Origin: Octopus sinensis | Taxonomy: Eukaryota | NCBI RefSeq assembly: GCF_006345805.1 | Contig: NC_043016.1 | Location: 12,338,001-12,402,000, forward strand | Direction: 5' to 3' | DNA length: 64,000 nt | Shown here: in pieces, positions 24,823 to 37,094 of the stretch | Layout of the letters: each line of letters opens with the position of its first letter | Position numbering within the stretch: position 1 is the stretch's first letter | The notes under the pieces: generated by a model | The model's input: the letters and a program-made list of their open reading frames with translations, nothing else | Database searches by the model: none | What the model was told of the DNA's origin: nothing | Translations under genes and position numbers: made by a program

Positions 24823-25544
24823 GTCTTGGACAGAATTTTTGCCTCTCATTCTTCTTGGTTGTCGCACTTCTGTTAAGGCAGACTTAGGTTTCTCCTCTGC
24901 TGAACTCCTTTACGGTACCACCGTGGTACTCCCTGGTACAATGTTAGCGCCAGACAACTCATCGCCTCCTGATCCAACGTCGTATGTCACTAGACTTTGT
25001 TCGTATTTCCCGAGTCTTTCACCCATGCATCCGTGTGACCAGTCTATTCCCTTTCACATTCCAACGGATATTGACAAATGTTGCCTCATAACTTTTTTTT
25101 AAAAAATGGATACTTTCTAACGAAACTTTCAACAAATAATCGCTTATATCCTGCAGATTGAGTGTATATAGAGAATTGTTGGAAGAATTTTTTCCGAGGG
25201 GTTAGGGAGAGGAGTTTTGGAAAATTCACCCGACCCGACATTTTCCCCCTCATAACCTTCAGGAAAATGGGTATTTTTTAAATGAGATTTTATACAAATA
25301 TCTTTCAAATGGTGTAGATTACGATTACAAAGAACTTTGTAGGCAAAATGCTTTGGAAGGGGGCGTGAAAAAAGTGTGTGATTTAAGGGAGATTTGACTT
25401 GTGTTTCTAGCACATCGCAAGACCACCCTCCTTATTTTTTCTCACTCAAATATGTATTGATGTTTTTCAATATTTCCCCCCGTAAACACATTTATGCTAT
25501 ATATATGTAAAAAAACGAAAATTTGATCATTTATGTTTTTTTAG

Positions 25545-26425
25545 CCCCACTCCCTGCTCCCTATTGTTTCTGTTAATATCTTCCAAAAAGATGGCTCCCT
25601 CACAGGAAATCCCACGAGGATAAGTGAAATACTGAACGAACAGTTCCAAAGTGTGTTCACTACACCTCTAGGACACAGGCAAGTAAACAACCCAGAAGAA
25701 TTCTTTGCCACTTTACCTGTGGCCAAAGAGGCAAAAATTGAGTACATCAACATTGAAGATGATGATATCACACTGGCCATAGATGAGATTGACACAAACT
25801 CAGCTGCTGGACCTGATGGATTTCCAGCGATCCTTCTCAAATCATGCAAACGAGCCCTTGCAAAACCGCTACAGCTTCTTTTTCAGAGCTTTCTTGCAAG
25901 TGGTAAGCTCCCAGTCAAATTGAAAGAGGGGGTAATATGCCCTAACCATAAGGGAGGAAGTAGAGCAGATGCTAAAAATTATAGGCCTATCTCTCTGACC
26001 TCACACATCAGCAAAGTCATGGAATGAATAGTCCGCAAGAACTAATCATGTTCCTTGAAGAAAATAACTTGCTGACTGACACCCAGCATGGATTTCGACC
26101 AGGTAGAAGCTGCCTAACACAGCTCCTGCAACACTATGACTGGGTGTTAAAACAGCTACTAAATGGCTCAAATGTGGATGTAATATATCTCGACTTTGCA
26201 AAAGCCTTTGATAAAGTCGACCATGGTATGATTTGTCACAAACTGCGTGGTCTCGGCATAGGCGGAAAACTTGGAGAGTGGCTGCACAACTTCCTAAAAA
26301 ATAGAAGGCAGGCAGTTATGGCCAATGAGCCACCTCCAAGGAAACACAAATAACAAGCGGTGTTCCACAGGGCACTGTCTTGGGGCTACTGCTGTTCATA
26401 GTGGCCCTTTCAGACATGCCCTGGG
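25545..26425 (+). mobile_element. CR1/L2-group LINE RT fragment
   Basis: AAGPDGFPAILLK, NYRPISLTSHISKVME, QHGFRPGRSCLTQL, YLDFAKAFDKVDH, GVPQGTVLG. Confidence 0.92.
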
Positions 26426-26431
26426 TCACTA

Positions 26432-26560
26432 ACCGCAAAGTTCTCGTCAACGTTGGCAGCTCACCTCACCAAGGTACCAGGTGATGCCCGCAAGGGCGCT
26501 TGGCTGTTCCAGTGCCTTAGCCTCGCCATTGCCCGTGGTTAATGCTATGAACGTGCTGTT
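26432..26560 (+). mobile_element. Possible CRE-clade (restriction-like endonuclease) retrotransposon C-terminal fragment
   Basis: PGDARKGAWLFQCLSLAIARG/NAMNVL (one frameshift) resembles the CRE C-terminal motif FLFQRLSxAIQRGNAxxxL (recalled). Confidence 0.5.
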
Positions 26561-28339
26561 TTACTTCAGTTGATTCCGTTAAACCTTGTGGTGTGTGACC
26601 AGTAGAAGCGCTTGGTGCTGCTTAGTTGTTGTTTTTTTTCCTTTCTTCCCTACAAATCGTTTCAATACAGTTTTAGCAGAAAGATTTGGTTGAATTAGAA
26701 GAAAGGGATCTTTTCTAAAAGAAGAAAGTTCTCCCGTAATTTTCTTTCGCGCAAATAAATTTAGATCGCCTAAATGTTTATGTTAATTTAAGAATTTGCC
26801 AGCAAAATCTTATAAAATTATCAAGCTCCAGATCTTAGAAAAAGAAAGAAAAACAAGTTGAGTAAAATTGTGACAGTCCATATCTGCAAAAGCAGATACC
26901 AACCCGGCTCTGGCTCTGTAGTACAAATGTCTTGCTTTCATAAGTTTTTAATTGAAATCTTCCACCAAGCCTTAGTCATAATTTATGTTCCTAACACTAG
27001 CTTAATGATAACTAATTTATTTTACTAAATTCTTTGTTATATTTAAAGTAATTGAAAGAAACACAGAGCAACTCAAAATAAATACAGTAACAAAAGGGTA
27101 ACGAAATTCTCAAAACAACGTTTACCCCAGTGCTTTTTTTACAACTGGTGTCACGATGCCCCAGCGTATATTCAGTCGTTAGGGCTCAGCGAGGCTATAA
27201 ATTTAAATAATATAATTAGCAAAACAAATGTCCAAGTCTATACACTAAAAAAAATATGGATGAATGCAAGCGAAGTGTATGAGAAAAGGCACATTGGAGT
27301 ACAGCAAATATTCCTCTAAGGCTTACGTTTTCTTGACTGGACTAAAACATTGCTTTACCTAAGGTAAAAAGAGAGCTAAGAGTGAGGTGGTGCGGTCACA
27401 CGAGCGTGGGAACCTGTTCTACTCAGAATGTTAGTTCAGCTGTTTAAACTGGCGCAGCTTTTGTCGAGTACCTAATCTTATAGTTATAATTTTTATCTAA
27501 TAATTTTCCAATTTCGGCTTAACACTTTAGCTTCGTTAACTTCTACTATTAATATCTACAGAATCAATATTTCTTAAAGAGACGATTGCATGGGGACAAA
27601 TGAATAAAGATGACATCTTGTCCTCCGTGTTCCATTTTAAAAACGGTTTGTGTTCCATGGTAAAATGAAATCAAATTAATGGTTACTTAAACGTTTTAAA
27701 ACACGAGACAGAAAGGAGCTACATAAGTACCTTGATCCTTACACTTTGTGACATTGTTATTTTTGAAAGAAATATTTAAGGTTCCTTAATCGTATAGGCT
27801 ATTATTGTAGGTGGACGTAAACAAGGTCATCTTAGTAGCATTATTGTCACCCTGGCAATTCAGTGCACTGGTCCTATAATATTTATTTATTGACAAGCTG
27901 CATGATGCGTTGATCAGAACTGGACCCCTAGACCAGTGATGTCTTCGGAAGGAAAGCTACACATGTCTTTAGACGGCTGAGGACATGAAGTTAAAAAAAA
28001 TTAAGTGACACTGTATTAGCGCTCTAGAAATAACCCCTGCAAACTTTTTCTTTCTGTTAGAGGATACATTGAATAATAATAGCAGTGGGAAAAAAAGAGA
28101 GATAGAATTATCATGGTTTGGAAGATATAAGAATTCGTGATCAGATCAAGGTAAATAGAGACCCCTTGAACGAGACTGCCATGAATCCTAGGGACGGTTA
28201 CAAGTTTCCATTGGCGTGTCGAAATTACAACATCCCCCCTGAACTGGATGCAAATCCATTGCAGATTTTAATTTAAGCTATGGATATTCTCATCAGATCT
28301 GGGTAACAGGCAGAAAAACAGAGAAAAAAACAACCTATA

Positions 28340-28510
28340 GCATAATAATAATAATTATATAGAGATGCAGCACGGATTTTTGTCAGTGAAGAGGTCGCGG
28401 TTTTAAAGCGACGAAAATATTTTGACAAATTAAACTTAAATGTTGAAGTGAATCGAACGGTTTTTGTGTGTTTCTTAAATGGCTTATAAACACCTTCCAC
28501 GCTGCAATTG
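28340..28510 (+). mobile_element. Penelope-like terminal-repeat fragment containing a hammerhead-like fold (28379-28429)
   Basis: Helix I TTTGTCA/TGACAAA, core GTGAAGA, helix II GTCGC/GCGAC, GAA and palindromic helix III AATATT. Confidence 0.55.
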
Positions 28511-28819
28511 TTTAATAATTATTTATTTATTCATTTATTGCCCACAGGGGGGGGGGGGCTAAACGTAATAATTCTGCTATATAAGTAAAAGGTCTGAAAT
28601 TTTGGTGGGGAAGGGGCTAGTTCATTTAAATCGAATTTGAAAGAATGGAAAGCAGAGTGAAAACTCGGCGAAATTTGAACTCAGAACGTTTCACCGGACG
28701 AAGTAGTGTTGTCATGTATTTTTTGTCCGACATGATGAGCAAAAAAAAGGACTGAATGAATCAAAAACCGTTTTCCACTCCGCTTCTGTCGCCGTCGCTG
28801 CCGCCGCCGTCACCGCCTC

Positions 28820-28900
28820 CAACTTTGCGCAACAGTTTGATTTCGAGCCTCGTTTTGAAGCGACCAATCAGCGAAGAGTGGAACGGCGCCAATTTGAAAT
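28820..28900 (+). promoter_or_regulatory. Putative KIF4 core promoter with CCAAT boxes and CDE/CHR-like element
   Basis: TTTGCGC 28824-30, TTTGAA 28854-59, CCAAT 28864-68, GGCGCC 28885-90, then TTTGAA 28893-98. The patch is CpG-rich in an AT-rich background. Confidence 0.6.
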
Positions 28901-28955
28901 ATAATTTTTAGTTTACATCAAACGTATTTTTGTTGCTCTCAATTTCTTTCAGTTG
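28900..28955 (+). other. KIF4: Probable non-coding 5' UTR exon of KIF4
   Basis: Strong donor TTG|GTATGT at 28956 just downstream of the promoter motifs. Coding exon 1 has an acceptor 2 nt before its ATG. The start coordinate is approximate. Confidence 0.5.
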
Positions 28956-30668
28956 GTATGTAACTTATTCACTCTATTTATTATTTGTTTTGTGTATTTT
29001 CCAATCATAAATTTCCTCCTTCATTAACCAAAATCAATTGTAGTTATGATCATCGGATTTCTTAATTAGTTCGATGCAAGACTTAACTTTTATTTGATCA
29101 AACCTCTCTTGACATTTATTTAAAAAAAAAACTGCATATGGTGTGATTTGATGAAATTTTGCAAATCGTTCCGTATAGAAACGATTCAGTGATGGAGAGA
29201 AATTAGTTTTTACCTAAGGTAACCTGTACCATATGCACCTAGTAACATTTTTTTTACTCGCTTGCATTTCCGAAAAATAGACACACACATAAATATACAC
29301 ACACACACATACATAAAGATACACACACACACATAAATACACACACACACACACATATATACTCAAACACACGTTATATATTTACACTTTATTTTTTATT
29401 GTCGTCGTGTTATTAGAATTGTTTATTTTTAATTAAATATATATATATAACCATTTTTCATTTATGATGTACGAGATTTTTCGACATTATTTATAATCTT
29501 ACAATTCTACCCACCAACATCAGAAATCACTAACGATGTATGTGTGTGTTCTTTTAACTGTCTATCATTAATTATCTCACAACCACTGCGACATGTTTCA
29601 ATTTCAATACGAAATTTCGGTTAATTGCCAAAACCAGTACAACTTTAAAAAAAAAAACAAACCCTGTATTTACTCGATTAAAATACGATTCCCTAAATAA
29701 TAATACAACCCCCAACTGTTTGCATTTAAATATCTTGTAATATATATTTTATCTTCAATCTTTTTTATCACTCCATTTAATTAATGTTTAGTGCGAGCTA
29801 ACAGTTAATAATGTTAAAAATCGCTCTCATGCCCTGACAAAAATACCTATCGGCATTTTGTTCGTCTTTAATGTTTTGAGTTCCAGTTTTGCTGAGATAG
29901 ACAAATTAAGTATTGGGATCAGACTAATTAAGTATTGAGATCAATGTAATTGATTAGTCCCCTCCCCGCAAACTTTAAAACCCTCGGCTCATGGAAGAAA
30001 ATATTTAATAATACTTCTAAACTTTCCATAAAGTTTTACACTATTTTTTAAATTAAACTTGTCGCATTACAAACGGGTGAACATAAACAAACTTTTTCTT
30101 TTCGTGTTTAATAAACGTTTTTATGCGATACATTGTGTTATTGAAGATATTCAGAAATTGTTATTTTTCTGTAATTTGTAAGAAAATTTGCCCTATTTTT
30201 TGCTCCTCATCTTTTCAACTGAATTCAGATTTTGATGTAGACAATAGAAATTTTATTTTTCAAATATGTTTCTTTATTGAATAACATTTCTTTGCTATAT
30301 TTTTCCATTGTCTTTAATTAGAGGCAAATGAATTAATTTAACCCTTTTTTTTTTCGGAGATTATCTTTCTTATGTATAAAATTTCGATTTATTATAATTT
30401 TTTTTCCTCCCGAGAATTCTTAAACTTTAATTGCTTGGGACATGTTTATATTAAGTTAACGTGACTATGTGATAAGTAAATCAAAACATTAGCACATTGA
30501 ATTTAAATTAAGAAATTTCCATCGATATCCTCCAAATAACGGGCCGTGACAATAACAGTTAACTTTAAAAATAGTCACAAACATTTCCATAACACATTTC
30601 ATATATTATTATTATTATTATTATTATTTGTATGTTATTAAGATGTGTTTCTACTTTTCTCTCTAGAA

Positions 30669-30885
30669 ATGGCAATCCCAGTTAAAGTGGCAGTCCGTTG
30701 CCGACCATTGAATAACAAAGAAACCGACGAAGGTGGTCAGACATGTGTGGATTTTCCTTCCGAAGGATCGTGCATCTGTCTACGTAAAAAAATATTCGGT
30801 TTTAACTTTGTTTTCTCACCTGAAATATCTCAAATAATTTTATATGAGGAAGCTGTGAAGCCTTTAATAAATAATCTATTTTTAG
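30669..30885 (+). CDS. KIF4: Kinesin-4 (KIF4/chromokinesin) coding exon 1, motor N-terminus
   Basis: Encodes MAIPVKVAVRCRPL...EAVKPLINNLFL, containing the kinesin beta-1 motif V-x-VAVR-x-RP. AG acceptor at 30665-66, GTGAG donor at 30886, phase 1. Confidence 0.93.
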
Positions 30886-31415
30886 GTGAGACTTTTCTTT
30901 TTTTTTGTGTGTTTATACTTTAAATATGGATTAATAATGTTTAGTGAGACGGAAGAATTAAAAATCGTCCATGACCTTTTTATTTTCTGTACCGCCAAGA
31001 GACTAACGGGAGAATAGGAGGAAGTTCACCTCTGACCTGCTTCGAATGCATGTAAAAGCAGACGGCCTCTAAAGATATCCTTGGTCCAGTTGAGGGTGTT
31101 AAACCGGTTGAGATTCACACTACCACTCAAAAATTCAGGAACTGTTCCTCAAATGGGATCTTCCACAGTTTCTGCTCACCATATTCACCAGCCACAAGCA
31201 AGGCTGTAGTTAAGGCACTTGCCTAAGAAGCTGCAAACTTCTAACCACCACACAGCCATGCATATGAGTAATTTTCGATCTCAATATTTTTGGTGAACAT
31301 ACACACACATATATGTATATATGCATGCCTAATATATATATATATATATATATAATATAAACCCATACCAGCATGGGAAGCGGAAGTTAAACGATGACTA
31401 TATATATATATATGT

Positions 31416-31688
31416 GTGGAGGCGCAATGGCCTAGTGGTTAGGGCAACGGACTCGCGGTCGTAGGATCGCGGTTTCGATTCCCAGACCGGGTGTTGTGAG
31501 TGTTTATTGAGCGAAAACACCTAAAAGCTCCACGAAGCTCCGGCAGGGGATGGTGATCCCTGCTGTACTCTTTCACCACTCTTTCTTCTGTTGGCCTGCT
31601 CCCTTAGCCAGCGGGGTGGCTAAAACAATGCGAACGCATTGTGACCAGCGATGTGTAGCAACATCTGATGGTCTGGTCGGTCACGTGA
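31416..31688 (+). mobile_element. SINE family C variant (different 3' half)
   Basis: Same tRNA-like head with a divergent tail. Confidence 0.8.
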
Positions 31689-32489
31689 TATATATATATA
31701 CACACATATAAAAGTAGATAAATGGCATAACAAGGCACAAATATTTACTGGAAAATAGCAGTCGTAATAAATACGACGCTATTGTATAGCTTCATATATG
31801 TGTGTGTGTGATATACATACACACACACAGATATATATATATATACACATATACATGTGTGTGTGTTAAATAAATTGAGACGACAAAGCCACGGTTATGT
31901 GGAATTTTATTTGCCACCTTCGGTCCTCTGGATACCAATACCGTATATATTTTTATATATACGCGCATTCATATATATGTATATATGCATTTATATATAT
32001 ATATATTTTATATATACATGAATACATATATGTATATATGGATAATATTCATATTTTCTTTGGTACTTTAGCTTGTTCCCTTTCTTTGCGTCAATTCATG
32101 AGTTTAGTACTCTGTGTGGCTTTTCGAGTTGTTTTTCACTCTTATTTCTAGCAATTGCTGGTACTAACTTGTACCCTTGTCTATTAACTTGCCTTTAGGT
32201 TTTAATTGCTTATGGGCCACCTGTATTATAATACATCTAATATATGGTATTCATTGTGTGTGTGTGTATATATGCATATCTAATATATTCATGTGCGTAT
32301 ATATATATGTGCGCAGGAGTGGCTGTGTGGTAAGTAGCTTACTTACCGACCACATCGTTCTGGGTTCAGCCCCACAGCGTGGCACCTTGGGCAAATGTCT
32401 TCTACTATAGCCTCTAGCCGACCAAAGCCTTGTGAATGGATTTGGTAGATAGAAACTGAAAGAAGCCTGTCGTGTATATATGGCCCTTG

Positions 32490-33515
32490 TGCCGGTGTTG
32501 GTGGCATGTAAAAGCACCCACTACACTCTCAGAGTGGTTGCGTTAGGAAGGGCATCTAGTTGTAGAAACTCTGCCAGATCAGATTGGATTCTGGTTCACC
32601 AGATCTCAGTCAAATCGTCCAACCCATGCTGGCATGGAAAGCGGACGTTAAATGATGATGATATAAAGTTTAGAAAGCTTCCACCCCTACTTGTGACAAA
32701 GGGTCTCTCGCTCAGAGTGAAAGTTGGATTGTACGATGCATGTGTGCGAACTGCCATGCTTCACGGTAGTGAAGTATGGGCTGTGACTGCAAAGGACATG
32801 CGTAGGCTTGAAAGAAATGAAGCTAGCATGATCCGCTGGATGTGTAATGTCAGTGTGCACACACAACAGAGTGTAAGCACCCTGAGAGAAATTTTGGACA
32901 TAAGAAGCATCAAATGTGGTGTGCAAGAGAGACGTTTGTGCTGGTATGATCATGTATTACAGATGGATGAGGAGAGATGTGTGAAGAAGTGCCACTCCCA
33001 AACAGTTGAAGGTATCAGGGGTAGAGGTAGACCCAGGAAGACAAGGGATGAGGTGGTCAAACATGACCTTCGAACGTTGGGCCTCACAGAAGCAATGACG
33101 AAAGGCCGAGATCTCTGGAGATATGCTGTGACTGTGAGGACCCAACAAATAATGTAAGTTCATGGCTGTTTCCTGTACCAGTTTCACATAGCCCATCCAA
33201 AGTACCTTGGATTGCAGAACGACCTGCTGTGCTTACCTTGGATCGTAGGGTGACCTGCTGAGCTTGAGGAGACCTATTGAGTCAAGTACATCAGCATCAA
33301 AATAAATATCAAATGGAAATTGTAGTTGTGATACCTGTGCCGGTGGCACGTAAAAAGCACCATCCGAACGTAGCCGATGCCAGCTCCGCTTTGACTGGCT
33401 TCTGTGCCGGTGGCACATAAAAAGCACCAACCGATCGTGGCCGCTGCCAGCCTCCCCTGGCACCTGCTGGTGGCCATCACGGAGAACGGATGTTAAACGA
33501 TAATGATGATGATAT
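32490..33515 (+). mobile_element. RTE LINE 3' portion (KIF4 intron 1)
   Basis: LSLRVKVGLYDACVRTAMLHGSEVW...RGRGRPRKT followed by VNTR units and a GAT tail. An extra UTR fragment precedes it. Confidence 0.9.
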
Positions 33516-34139
33516 GCACACATTTACACAACAGGCTTCTTTCAGTTTGTGTCTATCAAATCCACTCACAAGGCTTTAGTTAGCCCGAGGCTATAGTAGT
33601 AGGCACTTGCCCAAGATCCCATGCTGTGGGACTGAACCTAGAGCCATGTGGTTGGTTGAGTGGGTGGATTACTGCAGCTATGAGGCTGTCAGCCAATTGA
33701 AATATCTGGGTCAGATCCAGAAAAAAAAAAATTTATATTTAAAGAGGGAAGGCCATCAGAGGCATGGTAGCCTCTGACTCTTGAAGTGCTGCATGTAGCC
33801 CTGGGACCTGTGGTTGAGAACTATTGATTTAGACTCTGAGATACTGTAGATGGTTGGTAAATTACATCTTTTTGACCAGTGAACGTTTGAGACGTTCAGG
33901 GAAGGTGGATTGCTGACAAAGAATTTTTAGCATCAAATCTCATTGTATCAGGTGAAGCTTAGGGAGCATGCCCGACTGTCCCAGCATCTCAGCTTTGCAG
34001 TTACCATTCAGTAAGGCTGTGTTTTCAGTTACCTCAAAAATTTTGAGAGGGTAATACTGATGTTCCTATCACTTTGTATAAAGAGAATGTCTATACTTCG
34101 TTTTGTCCATTTATTTATTTTTTTTCTTCTCACCATTTT

Positions 34140-34500
34140 CTTTTTACTCTTTTACTTGTTTCAGTCATTTGACTGTGGCTATGCTGGAGCACCACCTTTA
34201 GTCGAGCAAATCGACCCTAGGACTTATTCTTTGTAAGCCTAGTACTTATTCTATCGGTCTCTTTTGCCGAACCGCTAAGTTACAGGGACCTAAACACACC
34301 AGCATCGGTTGTCAAGCGATGTTGGAAGGACACAAACATAAAACATATACACACATATATATATATATACACACACGACTGGCTTCTTTCAGTTTCCATC
34401 TATCAAATCCACTCGCAAGGCTTTGGTCGGCCCGAGGCTATAGTAGAAGACACTTGCCCAAGGTGCCACACAGTAGGACTGAACCTGGGACCATGTGGGA
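34140..34500 (-). mobile_element. SINE family A
   Basis: Family body. Confidence 0.85.
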
Positions 34501-35693
34501 ACCAGTTAGCTGTCTCATTTCCCAGTGTGTATGGCCTGGGTATCCACATGATTAGTAAACAATCAGCTGGTTTCCTGTAGTTACTCATTCCCTCCATAGA
34601 ATTCTGCGAGCCTCCATGCATGTCAGAGAAGGCAACAAGATGTTGCCCAACATATTTACTAGGTCATTAGCCATTGAAATGTGGTTACTGTAATTGTTAT
34701 TCAGGTGATTTGCCTGAGAGCCTCATAAAATGGGTCCTTCTGAACAGCTCCCAGTCCTGATTGCATGTTGTATATAGGGCTCAAGTGTAGCTCTTGTGTT
34801 CTTCATGACTGGTCTAAGCTTTTCATTTTATTGTCCATAGAAGCAGGTGTGGCTGTGTGGTAAGAGGTCTATTTCTTAACTACATGGTTTTAGGTTCAGT
34901 CTCACTGCATGGCACCTTAGGCAAGTGTCTTCTATAGCTTCGGGCTAAACAAATCCTTGTGAGTGGATCTGATAAATGGAAATTGACAGAAATCCATTGT
35001 GTGTGTGTGTGTATTTATATATATATATATATATTTTATTTATTTATTTATCTATATATGTGTGTGTGTTTGTGAATGTTTGTCCCCAACTTGTGTTGGT
35101 GTGTTTACATCCCTGTAACGTAGCAGTTCAGCAAATGAGACTGCTATAAGTACCAGGCTAAAACAAAATAGATACTGATGTCGGTACATCTGACTAAGCT
35201 TCTTCAAGGTGGTGTCCCAGCATGGCTGCAGTCTGATTACTAAAATCAATAAAAGATTCTGCCTACCTCAGTTACCTTATCTACCTGTTTTCTGACAACA
35301 GTATACTTTCACCCACTGCATTGCTATGCCCACCCACAATAATTTGTACTCTGGAAGACTCCTGGAGTAATTTTCATCTTGCCTCTTGCTCACTGTACAC
35401 TTCTCTTTACCTCCACCTTGGTATCTCTATCTTTCATCGTTGTGATGTTGATGGGGGTTGTCGTAAAGTTTTGAACCTGACAGCAACAGGGAATATCCTG
35501 TAGTGGGTGTGTAAATTAAATGACCGTTTTCAGGAATGGTTTGAGTGATTGTTTGGTGATGGTCAGTGGAGTTTCCACAAATAGTCAAATGCTTCCACCT
35601 CTAATTGATTTGCTATTCTTTCTTTCGTTCACTAACTAATTACTACCAGTAATTACCAACATGATGTATGAATGATATTTTTATGACCCAGTT

Positions 35694-36084
35694 AGGCGCA
35701 GGAGTGGCTGTGTGGTAAGTAGCTTGCTAACCAACCACATGGTTCCGGGTTCAGTCCCACTGCGTGGCATCTTGGGCAAGTGTCTACTGCTATAGCCCCA
35801 GGCCGACCAATGCCTTGTGAGTGAATTTGGTAGACGGAAACTGAAAGAAGCCTGTCGTATATATGTATATATATATATATATGTGTTTGTCCCCCTAGCA
35901 TTGCTTGACAACCGATGCTGGTGTGTTTACGTCCCCGTCACTTAGCGGTTCGGCAAAAAGAGACCGATAGAATAAGTACTGGGCTTACAAACAATAAGTC
36001 CTGGGGTCGATTTGCTCGACTAAAGGCGGTGCTCCAGCATGGCCGCAGTCAAATGACTGAAACAAGTAAAAGAGTAAAAGAGAG
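35694..36084 (+). mobile_element. SINE family A
   Basis: Full-length. Confidence 0.9.
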
Positions 36085-36292
36085 AGTTCATTTGACTGCT
36101 CCCCCATCTCCTAATAATCACCACCACTCTTATTTCATGACTGTAACCTTGTCTAAAGATGAATCCATAAAACCCATTTGCACCGACTGTTATAACTTTA
36201 AAATGAATGCACATCCATATGACTACTCGATCTGCTAAAAATAGCATCTAATTTGACTACATTAACTTCTTTCTCAAATTGCAGCCTTGTAC

Positions 36293-36692
36293 CTCTTTTC
36301 TCTTTTACTTGTTTCAGTCATTTGACTGCGGCCATGCTGGAGCACCGCCTTTAGTTGAGCAAATCGACCCTGGGACTTATCCTTTGTAAGCCCAGTACTT
36401 ATTACATCAGTCTCTTTTGCCGAACCGCTAAGTGACGGGGACGTAAACACACCAGCATCAGTTGTCAAGCAATGCTAGGAGGACAAACACAGACACACAT
36501 ACACTTATATATATATATACATATATACGACAGGCTTCTTTCAGTTTCTGTCTACCAAATCCACTCACAAGGCTTTGGTCAGCCCAAGGCTATAGTAGAA
36601 GACACTTGCCCAAGGTTCCACGCAGTGGGACTGAACCCGGAACCATGTAGTTGGTTAGCAAGCTACTTACCATAGAGCCACTCCTGTGCCTA
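36293..36692 (-). mobile_element. SINE family A
   Basis: Full-length, tail-to-tail with 35694-36084. Confidence 0.9.
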
Positions 36693-36744
36693 AGTTATAA
36701 ATAAATTTTATATAATTATCTTAATGTAAATTTCTGTTTTGTAG

Positions 36745-36929
36745 GATATAATGCAACTGTCCTTGCCTATGGCCAAACGGGCAGCGGCAAGACCTATACA
36801 ATGGGAGGTGCATACACAGATGATACGCCTGAGGAAACTAGAGGAATAATACCAAGAGTTCTTATCGATATTTTTGCAGAATTCAAAACAAGAGATATGA
36901 AAGTCTCTGCAGGTGTTTCTTATTTAGAG
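36745..36929 (+). CDS. KIF4: KIF4 exon 2 (P-loop)
   Basis: (G)[21 protein letters not shown]...VSYLE. gtag acceptor, GTAAG donor, phase 1 to 0. Confidence 0.97.
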
Positions 36930-37094
36930 GTAAGGTGGTTTTTTTTTTCTTTCTTTCTTTCCTTCCCTTCTTTCTCTTTTTCCCTTTCTTTCTCTTTCTT
37001 TCTCTCTTTCTTCCCTTTCTTTCCCCTTCCCTCTTTCTCTCTCTCTTTCTTTCATTCGTTTGTTTAAAATAAATATTACAGTATTCTAATGAGA

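Larger units (their letters stand above)
22019..25085 (+). mobile_element. Ty3/Gypsy pol remnant (RT-RNaseH-integrase), disrupted, no LTRs seen
   Basis: FRPVGDYRRLNTVTVPDRYP, DASDSVVGAVLQ, IYTDHKPL, ENVPADTHSR, HSLSHPG...CVKCQ, PAKITTD and YHPASNGMVERFHRQLKAAL, in Gypsy domain order. Confidence 0.95.

Noticed and set aside
21900-25200. LTR pair, gag or PBS for the Gypsy element
   Set aside because: No direct terminal repeats were found. The element is truncated at both ends.
31760-31795. Minus-strand ATGAAGCTATACAATAGCG, resembling hammerhead helix II
   Set aside because: The CTG and GAAA core nucleotides are missing, so it is at most a dead relic.
36935-37055. CT-rich tract extending the exon 2 ORF
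   Set aside because: It is a low-complexity intronic polypyrimidine run after a canonical GTAAG donor.
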